64,000 bases of DNA from Macrostomum lignano (Eukaryota), in NCBI GenBank assembly GCA_002269645.1, contig NIVC01000767.1, forward strand, positions 175,840 to 239,839, given 5' to 3'. Below are positions 39,775 to 51,600 of this stretch, piece after piece (position 1 is the first letter of the stretch; each line of letters starts with the position of its first letter). The notes beneath the pieces were generated by a model that saw only the letters and a list, made by a program, of their open reading frames with translations, was not told where the DNA came from and did not search any database. The position numbers were made by a program, and so were the translations under genes.

Positions 39775-40430
39775 TTCAACGCGTTTTGCATGCCATGGTA
39801 CATTGTCAGGATTTTATTAGAATGATTTGAGAAAGTGAGATTGAAAACGATTGATTAAAAATTGGTTTTTGCAATGTACACAGGTAAGGAGGATAAGATT
39901 GAAAACAATTGATTACAACTTGGCTAACATACATAGGTAGGTAGGAGAGAAAATTATAGATTGAGATTGAAAATTAAACCAAATATACACAATTCTTGTT
40001 CAGTAGTCAGAAGTCAGAGGCAAAGGCAGAGGCAGAATCAGGGGCGGTAGCTTAAGTAATTGAACATCAAGTTAAGTGTAGACAGCATACACGATTGTGT
40101 CACTCACTGATCAGAAAATGCAGAGAACGTGACCTGCACCACTATGTTGTAATTGGGTGTTGAGATTTGGGGTCTGAGCTTTTATGTGCAGGGCCTCGAG
40201 AATTCTAAGTTTGGCATCAGTATGGCTTTGGTCAATGATTTTAAAGTGTTCTTCTGGTTTGCAGTCATTGCAGTTAGTGCATTCAAGGAGGTGAGTTTGT
40301 ATAGCAGATGGTTTGAGCCAGTGTTCCCTAATCCTCGTGTGTAGGTGTCTTTTGGTTTTTCCCACGTAGGAGACACTATGGTCTACAGAGCAGTTAAATT
40401 GGTAGACAACACCAGTATGCAAAGTACAAG
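39775..40430 (-). mobile_element. Penelope-like element, 3' part (GIY-YIG endonuclease plus 3' tail)
   Basis: GVVYQFNC...SYVGKTKRHLHTRIREH...FKII...LRILEALHI...PNLN; stop at 40111. Confidence 0.88.
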
Positions 40431-43400
40431 CCATACTCAGGAAGGTGGCCTGCACGCAGGAATTTTCCCGCGTGCACAAGCCACGCTAAAATTTTGGCGT
40501 GCAAAGTTGGCGTGCAAATAGGGGTCTCAAGCCACGCCTAAATTTTCAGCGTACAATTTTTTTACTTGGTGTGTAACCTTGGCATGCAATTACAAACTGA
40601 CAGTATATCAACAAGTCAGATATAGATGTATACACTATATATATATACAATATATAAAGTTAAACGTGAACAATTGAATTTGAATATTGATTAAACCAAC
40701 TAGTTGAGGCTACAGCCTAGCCTACAGCCAGGCCTACACTCTACAGCCTACATTAAAATTAAAATATCCAATAACTTTTAAACGCTCTTATTTTGTGACT
40801 CTTGTAGACTTTTAGTTTATTTGTTTCTTGAAATGTGAAGAAAAAGTTTTTGATACTCACTATGTTCTTTGTAGCGAATTTCCTTTTTTTATATAAACTT
40901 TGTTTAACGTAAATAGAAAATTTATTTAAAAATAGTATCTAATATGGTTAATATTCAAATCAAGAATGCAAATACATTGTCAACGTAGAATAAATAGTCT
41001 ATCGACTATCTATAATGTATCGATAAAAGTATTTGATTTTTTTCTTTGTAGAATTATATAAAGTTATTTGTCATAAAACACATATAGTTGCTATTTATTA
41101 CTATATCAATCATAGACATAATTTCATTTTTTTAATTTCTGCTCATTGGATTGTTCTAAGTATTAGTAAGTTTTTATTTTTACTAAAGTGAAAGGCAAAG
41201 GCTAAAGCTTCTTAAAGCCAAAAGCCTGAAAAGTGAAAACTAAGGCTAGAGCCTGGAGACATGGATCTAGGACCAGATCCAGATCCAGATAGGCCTATAG
41301 TCATAGACAAAGAGAATAAAAGTGAAAGTGAAGTTTGAGCAAGACATTCAAGTGCAATTGGCATGCCATTAGTTAGGCCTTTGCATTTACAACTGCAGAA
41401 TATATCTTCTATAAGTTCTCAAACTGTAGATGTTGCTAGTCCAAGTCCAATTGCTAATGCTGAGGCTGAGGCTAGCATTGCCAGTGTTAGTGTTAGTGTT
41501 ACTATTAGTAATAGCAATAACAATTCAACTAATAGTACTAGCATAAGCATTGCCAATGTTAGTGGTAAGTATAAAGTATTGTCTATTGTCTTTTACTTTA
41601 TTTGAAGTCTTAATTTTATATCTTTTTTTATTTCTTTTTACAGGTTTATTTTTATTAGATTCTACCATGTCTTAGTCTTAGTCATTATAATATAGGAATA
41701 GGATAGCATAATAGACTATGGTTAACTATAGTCATAGTTAGGTTATAAAGTTATTATTGTATTTATGATTTGGGTCAAATATTTTTTATTCTGAAATATA
41801 AATATGTTCAGATTAGACAAATATATATTCAAGTTTTTAACCAAAAAAATGCAGTCTTTGCTAAACTAAAGAGAAAAGAAATGACAAGCTTTTAAATTAT
41901 ATACTTTTATAATATGTTTATGTTACGTTTCAATTTACTATTTATATACATTTATTAATTATAGTCTATGAAGTATATTGTTTTTATAACATTAATAGCT
42001 ATTGCTTTATAATAACTTTATAACCTAACTATGACTATAGTTAACCATAGTCTATTATGCTATCCTATTCCTATATTATAATGACTAAGACTAAGACATG
42101 GTAGAATCTAATAAAAATAAACCTGTAAAAAGATATAAAAAAAGATTTAAAATTAAGACTTCAAATAAAGTAAAAGACAATAGACAATACTTTATACTTA
42201 CCACTAACATTGGCAATGCTTATGCTAGTACTATTAGTTGAATTGTTATTGCTATTACTAATAGTAACACTAACACTAACACTGGCAATGCTAGCCTCAG
42301 CCTCAGCATTAACAATTGGACTTCAAATATTTTTTATTCTGAAATATAAATATGTTCAGATTAGACAAATATATATTCAAGTTTTTAACCGAAAAATTGC
42401 AGTCTTTGCTAAACTAAAGAGAAAAGAAATGACAAGCTTTTAAATTATATACTTTTATAATATGTTTATGTTAAGTTTCAATTTACTATTTATATACATT
42501 TATTAATTATAGTCTATGAAGTATATTGTTTTTATAACATTAATAGCTATTGCTTTATACTATAGTTATATTTTATATTGACAATTAGAGCAAGGGTATA
42601 GAATTAAAATAAAGATTACTTAGTCCAAAATATTAAATATGTTATATTATTGTATAACTGCCCCTTTGATATACCCTGTTTTATATTTTAATTGAGTCAA
42701 CTTTAAAGTAGGGCAAAAAGATATAATATTATATTATAAGTTTTATAAACATAACTTTGGCTAATACATTAAAAAATTTATATATTTATACAGTAAAATA
42801 TCAAAGTCATTTTAATATTACAGTATATCAACATCTTAAAAAGTATATTACCACTAAGTATAGAAGTTTGAAATATACTTTTCTCTCAATATCATCCAAG
42901 GCTTCAATTGTCAAAATATTTATACTTTTTTCTTTGTTGTTAAGGAATTAATCAATAAACCTTCACTTATTTTATTAGGTGCCCACTGTAGCACTGCTGC
43001 ATCATCTTGGGCTCATGTATTTAATCAACCACCTACTAATGATGCCAAGCGAAAGTCGACCTCAGCAGGCATTGGCAAGCCTTCAGCACCTAAGAAGCAA
43101 AAGCGAAGTGGGACTCAAGATGTTCACTACTGTCTTACCTGCCTACGTGCAGGGCGCAATCTACGTTTCTGCCGAGTGATTCGAGGTGACTATTCAAGCC
43201 TCAATCGGCATAAGGATACACAACACAAAGGAAAAAAGGCATAAACCATGGACCTGCTGAGTTTTTACGGTACAATCAGGAAGTACAACGCATGCTAGAC
43301 CAACGCCAGGAGTCATTGTTTATGGTCGTGGATAGTGCCTCAGACTGTGACAATCAAGATCAGGATGGCCAAGAGTCTGAGTCATTGCACCAGCAGCACC

Positions 43401-45329
43401 AACTGACTAGTGGACAACAGCTGCTACAAACTTTCCAACAGGAGCAGCCTCAGACTGAGCAACAACAGCAGCCACAGACTGAGCAGTGACCACAACAGCT
43501 GCAGACTGAGTAGCAACAGCAGCCACAGACTGAGCAGCGACCACAACAGCTGCAGACTGAGCAGCAACAGCAGCCACAGACTGAGCAACAACAAAAGCAG
43601 CAGCCTCTATTCCAGCTGCGTCTTCAAACTGATGACATGGCAGGTGTACCTGCAGGAATTGCCAGTAAACTGTCAGATTTCGAAGTGCAGCTTAAGACAT
43701 ATAAGCAGAGCATCGACAAGGTCACTAGCTTACTGGAACGTCTGTTGGTAGCTACTGGTGGTGCAATGAATGACGGCTCTAACCTTCTTCCAAGTACTAA
43801 ACTTGACCTTGGCGATAAGACAGTCGCAGAAGCACAGAGCTTGGCTGAGCTGCTGCAGTTCAAGTTTTTTACTCTGTCTGCTTGCAAAAATGGCGACTCT
43901 ATATTTAACTGCCGGCCATGTCTCCAGTTTCTATTACAAGGAAGGCCAATTCCTGTAAACTGTAATGCTGAGGAGCTTTATTGGTTTCTAAATCCAAGCT
44001 CTGATGGTGAAAAAAATATGTCTATCGCGTGTGGCTTGTGGCTAACATCTGAGAGGGTCTTGCAGCTGCTGAATTGTCAAGACAAATTTTCTTAAGTTTC
44101 GCTACACAGTTAAGAATCACTGTGCAACAAGCACTACGCACGGACAAGCTGTTAGTGCATATCAAATGGCCAAGGCACAGCAGACGCGACAGGGCAAAGT
44201 TGTTTGAACTTTGCTTTGTTGCGCTGTCGCTACTATTGAAATGGCAGCGGCTGGTTCCCATTACGAGACGTTGCTGAGTCTTCTGGATGCTTCGGATTGC
44301 GAAGTCGGACAAATTGGCCATGGCTTGTAAGTCTTTAACTTGAAACCCAAGGCTTATTAGTAGTTAGTACTAGGTGTATTCAGTTTATTTGCAATTAATT
44401 ATTTCCTCCGTACACAGCACCTTCTGCAAGGAACTATGGCAGCTTCTAGACCTAGAGGCCTGCATCAATGATGAGACCGCCAAGTTTCTTAGGTGTCCGC
44501 TGCCGTCCACAGGACAGCCACCGCTGCTCACTATCACATGCGATAAAAGCACGCCCAGTTGCATGACAAATCAGGCAGCAATGCTTATCTGTCAAACCAG
44601 CACTGGCCAAGCCGTAGCAGTTCCTGCTGGTGCACCTGCTGTGTACAATGCCGAAATGGAAGCCAGTGGAGAAGTTTTGGCGAGGCGACTTATGGAGGCC
44701 CTGAAGGTAACCTTGATTGTTAGTATTTGTTAATGTGAGCACGATTATCAGATACTTAGAGTATACTTGAAGGGCTAGAAGACATGATGATTTATGTGAC
44801 TGATATGCATATTCTAACTTATCAACTCTAACAAGGTGTTGCGGCCACCTTTAGATAGTATTGTTGGCATCATCGCTGACGGTCAGTAGTTTAAGTGTAC
44901 GTGTATGTGATTTATACTGATTGTTTTACTAATGGATATTCTTGTGTGAGTAGCATGTCATGTGTTTTAAGATAAGTTCTACTGACTAAAATTATCAGCC
45001 ATTGACATCCTCTCAATTCTAAATATTGTATAAAGTTACGTTAAATATGCAGTCAGTTGTTTTCTGTTTTATTTTTGACACAAAATTTAAGTCATTTTAC
45101 CAATTTTTTTACAATTTACTATAGGGTAAACAGATGGTGTAACCACTTTTGGCATACAGGATTTTGGTATACACAATTTTCGGCGTACATGATTTTTGGT
45201 ATTCAAGATTTTTGGTGTGCAACAGAAACGTCATGTTAAGGGTTTTAAAAAATTGGCGTACATTGGCGTGCACCAAGGATTTTTCCATAAATTGATTCCC
45301 GCGTGCACTTGCCACCTTCCTGACTATGG
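40431..45329 (+). mobile_element. hAT-like DNA transposon (4.9 kb) with a disrupted transposase
   Basis: TIRs CCATA(C/G)TCAGGAAGGTGGC..TGCACGC.GGAAT. 8-bp TSD AGTACAAG at 40423-40430 and 45330-45337. Internal fragments: BED-like finger HYCLTC...SSLNRHKDTQH (~43100-43230), AAGSHYETLLSLLDASDCEVGQIGHG, ITCDKST and IIADGQ*. The superfamily call is inferred. Confidence 0.85.
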
Positions 45330-45337
45330 AGTACAAG

Positions 45338-45685
45338 GAACATGCAAATTTAATCTACTAACAAAGTTCTTAATCTTTTTTGTATGGAAGACAACCCGGA
45401 TGTTACAATTAAAAGAGGCAAAGAATAACCTATGCATTGTTTTTAAAGGCTAGAGATGGAGGTCCAAGGAAGGGGAGACGCAGAATGGGTTCAAATTCTT
45501 CAGTGGTAACAGATTGCTCAGGTTTTTGTTTGGTGATTTTGTCCAAGATGAACTTGTTGATGTTTTTTGAACCAGAAAAACAGGGTAGTCATTTTGATGG
45601 AACAGTCTAGTGAGGAACTGCACCTCCCGGTCAAAGTTGATCCAGGTGTTAGTGTTATAGGTAGTAAAAGCTCTATGGACCTGAA
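45338..45685 (-). mobile_element. Penelope-like element, 5' part (RT thumb/linker), 5'-truncated
   Basis: VHRAFTT...FDREVQFLTRLFHQNDYP and RVVFHTKKIKNFVSRLNLHVPCT; joins in frame to the GIY-YIG part across the TSD. Confidence 0.82.
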
Positions 45686-46612
45686 TTACAAATATAAATT
45701 AATATACTATTTATGCATTAATGATGGATAGAATGTAGATTTTTGTAAGTTTCTAAAACCTAATCTAAATGTACAAAAAAGTTCTGAATCTGAATCCAAA
45801 TATCCGAATGTGTTTCCAAATGTAGACAAAAGTAAAAGGTAAATGGTAGGAATGACTATGACACCTTTTAATGATAAAAATGCCTCATCATCTATTAGTA
45901 ATCATATTAGTGTTGTATATTAATTTACTGACAAGATTAAATCTAATCTCGGGCTTATACTATATCTATCTAGTATCTGAATTGAATTGAAATTAGAATT
46001 GAACTCAATTCTTATATATCAAATCTAACTAATTCTAATTACTAATACTAACTGACATTATGTTTGTGAAATTTGATAACTTTATTGTGTATAGTGCATG
46101 TAAGGTCTGTTGCATTTGCATTTTGAAAAAAAGTGATAATTAGGCCTACACTTAAACAATGATTACTACAATTAAATGTTTCTGCAACTTTAGGTTGAAT
46201 GCCTCAAAGGTCTCAAAGTTAAGTAACTTTACTTAATAATACTTTTAAAAAATATATGTTATTGCAAAAACAGACAATTGTAAAAACAAACAATATGACA
46301 TTAAATTTTGCATTTTTCTTTTTAAATTTACTTTCTTTTTTCAAAAGTTATTTTATGTTTGCATGATTTTGTTTTGCTTTTTTGATTTTTTTCATATTTG
46401 GAAGCTCACATTTGGAAATTTGGAAAATAAAATTTATGAATCCACAACATTTAGATTTCTAAAAAAGTGAGACTTTTTGGATTCGGATCTGAATCCAAAT
46501 ATTTGGATCTATCACTAATATGCATATTATAAATATAATAGCAAAAAGAATAATACTAATCAATAAAATTAAAAAAGAAACTCTAATTTATTTTAGGCCT
46601 ATAAGAATTTGG

Positions 46613-46710
46613 GGCATAGTTCTAGTTTACTTCGTTATATTCCAACCCCCCTACCCTTGAATAGAGGGCGAAATAATTTAACGCAGTATGCAGTAAACTA
46701 GAACTATGCC
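46613..46710. mobile_element. 98-bp MITE with perfect 19-bp TIRs and an 8-bp TSD
   Basis: TIR GGCATAGTTCTAGTTTACT at 46613-46631 and 46692-46710; TSD GAATTTGG at 46605-46612 and 46711-46718. Confidence 0.9.
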
Positions 46711-47559
46711 GAATTTGGACTACTTCAAAAGCAAAATGTAAAAAATATGTCATATAGGGCCATTTTAGTGATAGGCCTAAACACTTTGGCAACAAGAAAT
46801 TTTGACAATAGTCATTTTGGCAACAATTTTAGGCCATTTTTGTCTATAGGCCTATTTATTATGCATGCCATTGCCATGGGCTCATGGGCATGGATAATAT
46901 TTTTCCTCTAAAAATCAGTAGGGCCTATTTGATACCTTTATATGTTGTCAGCAATTGACAATTATGAATTTTTAATTGACTTGTACAGCATATTTAAGTC
47001 TGCGCTATTTCAGGTTTTAGGTCATGTGGGCTGTGTGCATCAGTGCATGGCGATTGAGTGAGTGCAGTGCATGCCCGCGGGTTTGTTAACGGATATATCA
47101 GATTAAACTTGCAGCCATTTTCGAAAAAAATAATGTCTAAATAAAATTTTAACTAACAGTTAGAGTTAAAAATACTCTTTTGTTACTAATAAGCTGCTGG
47201 ATCTAATCGGGTATGGTTAAAACACTTAGTTTTAGAGTACACTTGTTGTAATGCATAAAATGATCGTCTTGAAAACCCAGTCACCTTCTTATTGACAACG
47301 ATGAGAAGGATGGATAAAAATTATTTGAATACGATCTTCACTCCTACCAGGGACAAGAATACACCGATAAAACAAGAAAAGTTTTTGCTTTCTTGGCTAA
47401 AAACTGTATAAATAAGAAGAAACTAATTATATAAGAAAATCGATTAGCTACACATGTACATGTATATACAGATCATCATTACTATTTAGACGATATAGTA
47501 CATGTAATCGATGCTTCCCAAAATTATTTAATTATTTTGATTAAATTTGCCCTAATGGC

Positions 47560-47850
47560 AGAGATACATTGCAACCGACAGCTCAGCAGAAGCTAAATTG
47601 CAACGGCGCATCTGAAGTCATGCGTCGTATTGTATGGCATGTTCAGTCCAACAATAGGCCGCGGACTGGGTGAGTCGCCATGCATGTATACACCTCAATA
47701 CCCGAGCTAATGCTCGTAGCCATTTTACAGGTGGGTGAACTGAAGCAATGCAGAGTTAAATGTCTTGCTGAGGGACACAATTGTTCCGAGTGGGTCGAGA
47801 ATGGAATTCACATTCAAGTCGTGAGCGATCTAACGCTGATCTATATAATT
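47560..47850 (+). mobile_element. SINE-like fragment with a CORE-type domain
   Basis: gccattttacaggtgggtgaactgaagcaatgcagagttaaatgtcttgctgagggacacaa resembles the MIR/CORE consensus as recalled from memory; boundaries approximate. Confidence 0.5.
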
Positions 47851-48647
47851 ATAGTCACTTGGGCTACAAACCCCTCCAAAATTGCTATGTAATGATCACA
47901 ACAAGAGTGGTTATAAAGGACTAATAGCACCAGTGGTGCCCCATGCAACGAAGAGGAAAAGGGGAAAGGAAGTGAAAGAAGATGGGGAGACGAGATGATG
48001 GAAGGAGAACAAGATAAAGAGAGAAGCCAAACTGATGATCTACGTGGTCTACTTGTCTTTGAGGTATCTGAATTGAATCGATGTTTTAAAAAGCTTCAAG
48101 TCAGTCAAAAATAGTAGCTCGTACACTTTGCAAATGTACAACACCGTTCGATCAATAATAATTTAATAGAAATTTTATTATACTGCGTGTGCATCGAATC
48201 AGCGCTAAATGGATCAGCAAAGGCCCCAAAATGGCGTGGCATTTGTGTATAATTGTGCATAATGTGGTAAATTACTTGTACAGTATAGTAGCTATCGAGA
48301 ACGTTCATTTCACGTATTAACGTCTACATTTTAATTCTGCATGCATATCGCATCGCGTTCGAATTTGCGCCTCTACGTCTCTGCGTAAATAAACATTCGA
48401 ACCTGCAAGCTAAATATAAAATCTACATGAAAAGAAGTTGTTCTTGGTCAATTAGAAACCGGAAAACAATTTTCGGATATAAATTTAATTTGCACATTCA
48501 TTTTATAAACGACTGCATGTCGATCGTCCAGATAGAAACTAAGGCTTGATATATACGGAAACATCTGAATGAAAATCATTCCAACAGCCCAGCGTATTCC
48601 GGCACTAGATGTGAAAGCAAGCAAGTAAGCCAGGAATCAGCCATTTG

Positions 48648-51600
48648 ATGGAGCGAACTTCCGACTTAACTAGATTGTCAGGTGAGTGCCTGAGTGGCAA
48701 AAAGGCTTTGAATGAAAATCATTGACAGCAGCTGCAACAGCTATAACTTCTACCCTCCCTCAGCCCTCAGTTGGCAGCTATTCCCTCTTACCCTCCCTCA
48801 GCCCTCAGTTGGCAGCTATTCCCTCTTACCCTCCCTCAGCCCTCAGTTGGCAGCTATCCCCTCTTACCCTCCCTCAGTCCTCAGTTGGCAGCTAATCCCC
48901 TCTTACCCTCCCTCAGTCCTCAGTTGGCAGCTAATCCCCTCTTACCCTCCCTCAGCCCTCAGTTGGCAGCTAATCCCCTCTTACCCTCCCTCAGCCCTCA
49001 GTTGACAGCTAATCCCCTCTTACCCTCCCTCAGTCCTCAGTTGGCAGCTAATCCCCTCTTACCCTCCCTCAGCCCTCAGTTGGCAGCTAATCCCCTCTTA
49101 CCCTCCCTCAGCCCTCAGTTGGCAGCTAATCCCCTCTTACCCTCCCTCAGCCCTCAGTTGGCAGCTAATCCCCTCTATATTTTTACAGTCGAGCATCTGA
49201 ACTCGCACAAGTTCGCTTCGAATGGTCCGGATTGCAGGGGATGCCTCATCAGACGCGAGCAATGTCCCAAAACTGGGGAAGCTTTTTGTAAGTGTTAAAC
49301 TAATTATCTTTTAGCCTCACTTTCTGGATAAGAGATTGGAAGAGTCCTAAAACTTTCTGTCACGCACACTCATACACACGCTCACACAAGGTGTACGCTC
49401 GTACAGCGGCCCTTAGGCATGTACACTTTCTGTGCCTTCGGGGTTGGCCATCATGGCTGTATCTCACGACAAACCTCCGGCCAATTTTCGTTCACAAGCT
49501 CTGTCCCCCGAAACTATACTCGTAAGTGTCCATGTTGTTAACATCTCGATTTTATTGATCCAACTTTCAGACATGATTTACCACGCCATCCTTCGAGCCC
49601 ACCATCTGTTCCTGTTTTGTAACGAGAAAGCCGAATCTTGTCAGGGCGTCATCGACCTTCGACTACCAATGTGAGCGCGGGCCCCCCTGAACTGGCATCC
49701 ACTCAGATGAACTGGCACTCACTCAGATGAACCGGCACTCACTCAGATGAACTGGCACTCACTCAGATGAACCGGCACTCACTCAGATGAACTGGCACTC
49801 ACTCAGATAAACTGGCACCCACCCTAATAAACTGGCACCCACTTTAATAACTGGCACCCACTCTAATAAACTGGCAGCCACTCAGATAAACTGGCACCCA
49901 CTCTAATAAACTGGCAGCCACTCAGATGAACTGGCACCCACTCTAATAAACTGGCAGCCACTCAGATAAACTGGCACCCACTCTAATAAACTGGCAGCCA
50001 CTCAGATGAACTGGCACCCACTCTAATTAACTGGCAGCCACTCAGATAAACTGGCACCCACTCTAATAAACTGGCAGCCACTCAGATGAACTGGCACCCA
50101 CTCTAATAAACTGGCAGCCACTCAGATAAACTGGCACCCACTCTAATAAACTGGCAGCCACTCAGATGAACTGGCACCCACTCTAATAAACTGGCAGCCA
50201 CTCAGATAAACTGGCACCCACTGTAATTAACTGGCAGCCACTCAGATAAACTGGCACCCACTCTAATAAACTGGCAGCCACTCAGATAAACTGGCACCCA
50301 CTCTAATAAACTGGCAGCCACTCAGATAAACTGGCACCCACTCTAATAAACTGGCAGCCACTCAGATAAACTGGCACCCACTCTAATAAACTGGCAGCCA
50401 CTCAGATAAACTGGCATCCACTCTAATAAACTGGCAGCCACTCAGATAAACTGGCACCCACTCTAATAAACTGGCAGCCACTCAGATAAACTGGCACCCA
50501 CTCTAACAAACTGGCAGCCACTCAGATAAACTGGCACCCACTCTAATAAACTGGCAGCCACTCAGATAAACTGGCACCCACTCTAATAAACTGGCAGCCA
50601 CTTTGATAAACTGTCATCCACTCTAATAAACTGGCAGCCACTCAGATAAACTGGCACCCACTGTAGTTAACTGGCAGCCACTCAGATAAACTGGCACCCA
50701 CTCTAATAAACTGGCACCCAATCAGATAAACTGGCACCCAATCAGATAAACTGGCACCTACTCTAATAAACTGGCAGCCACTCAGATAAACTGGCACCCA
50801 CTGTAATTAACTGGCACCATCCCCCAAAAGACGCCCCCCCAATTAAAACCCCGGCCTCGCTAGTATAACAAATTATCTCGAACTCTCAAACTGTCAGCCG
50901 CGAATTCAAGCCGGACTCCAGCTGGCCTCACTGCGGCGAGTGCTTCGAGCTTGGCGCCGCCGCCGCCGACGCCGCCGACGCCTGGACGGTCGGCGTCCCG
51001 CTGTCCGGCGGCGGCCGCTGGCGAAGCCCGTTCAACGCCTACGCAAAGTCAGCCGTGTGCGGCCTGGAGGCACCTGGCGGCGAGGACGAATACGAGGACG
51101 GCGAGGAGGCCAACGAGGGAGGCGAGCTCGACGAGTTGCTGGCCTCGCTGCCCGAACGACCGGCGCCCGCAGTCACCGAGTCGGCGTCTGCCTCAGATTC
51201 GGGAAGTTTTTCGAGGTAGGCCTAGTTCAAGCAATAGCAGCTCATTCTGCTTGTCTATGGCCCAAACATCGTCATATACTACTATTTCACTACATACTAC
51301 TATTTCACTACATACTACTATTTCACTACATACTACTATTTCACTACATACTACTATTTCACTACATACTACTATTTCACTACATACTACTATTTCACTA
51401 CATACTACTATTTCACTACATACTACTATTTCACTACATACTACTATTCAACTAGATACTACTATTTAACAGCATACTACTATTCAACTAACATACTACT
51501 AATTGACTACATACTATTATTTCACTACACACAACTATTTCACTACATACAGCTATTTCACTACATACTACTATTTCACTACATACTACTATTTCACTAC

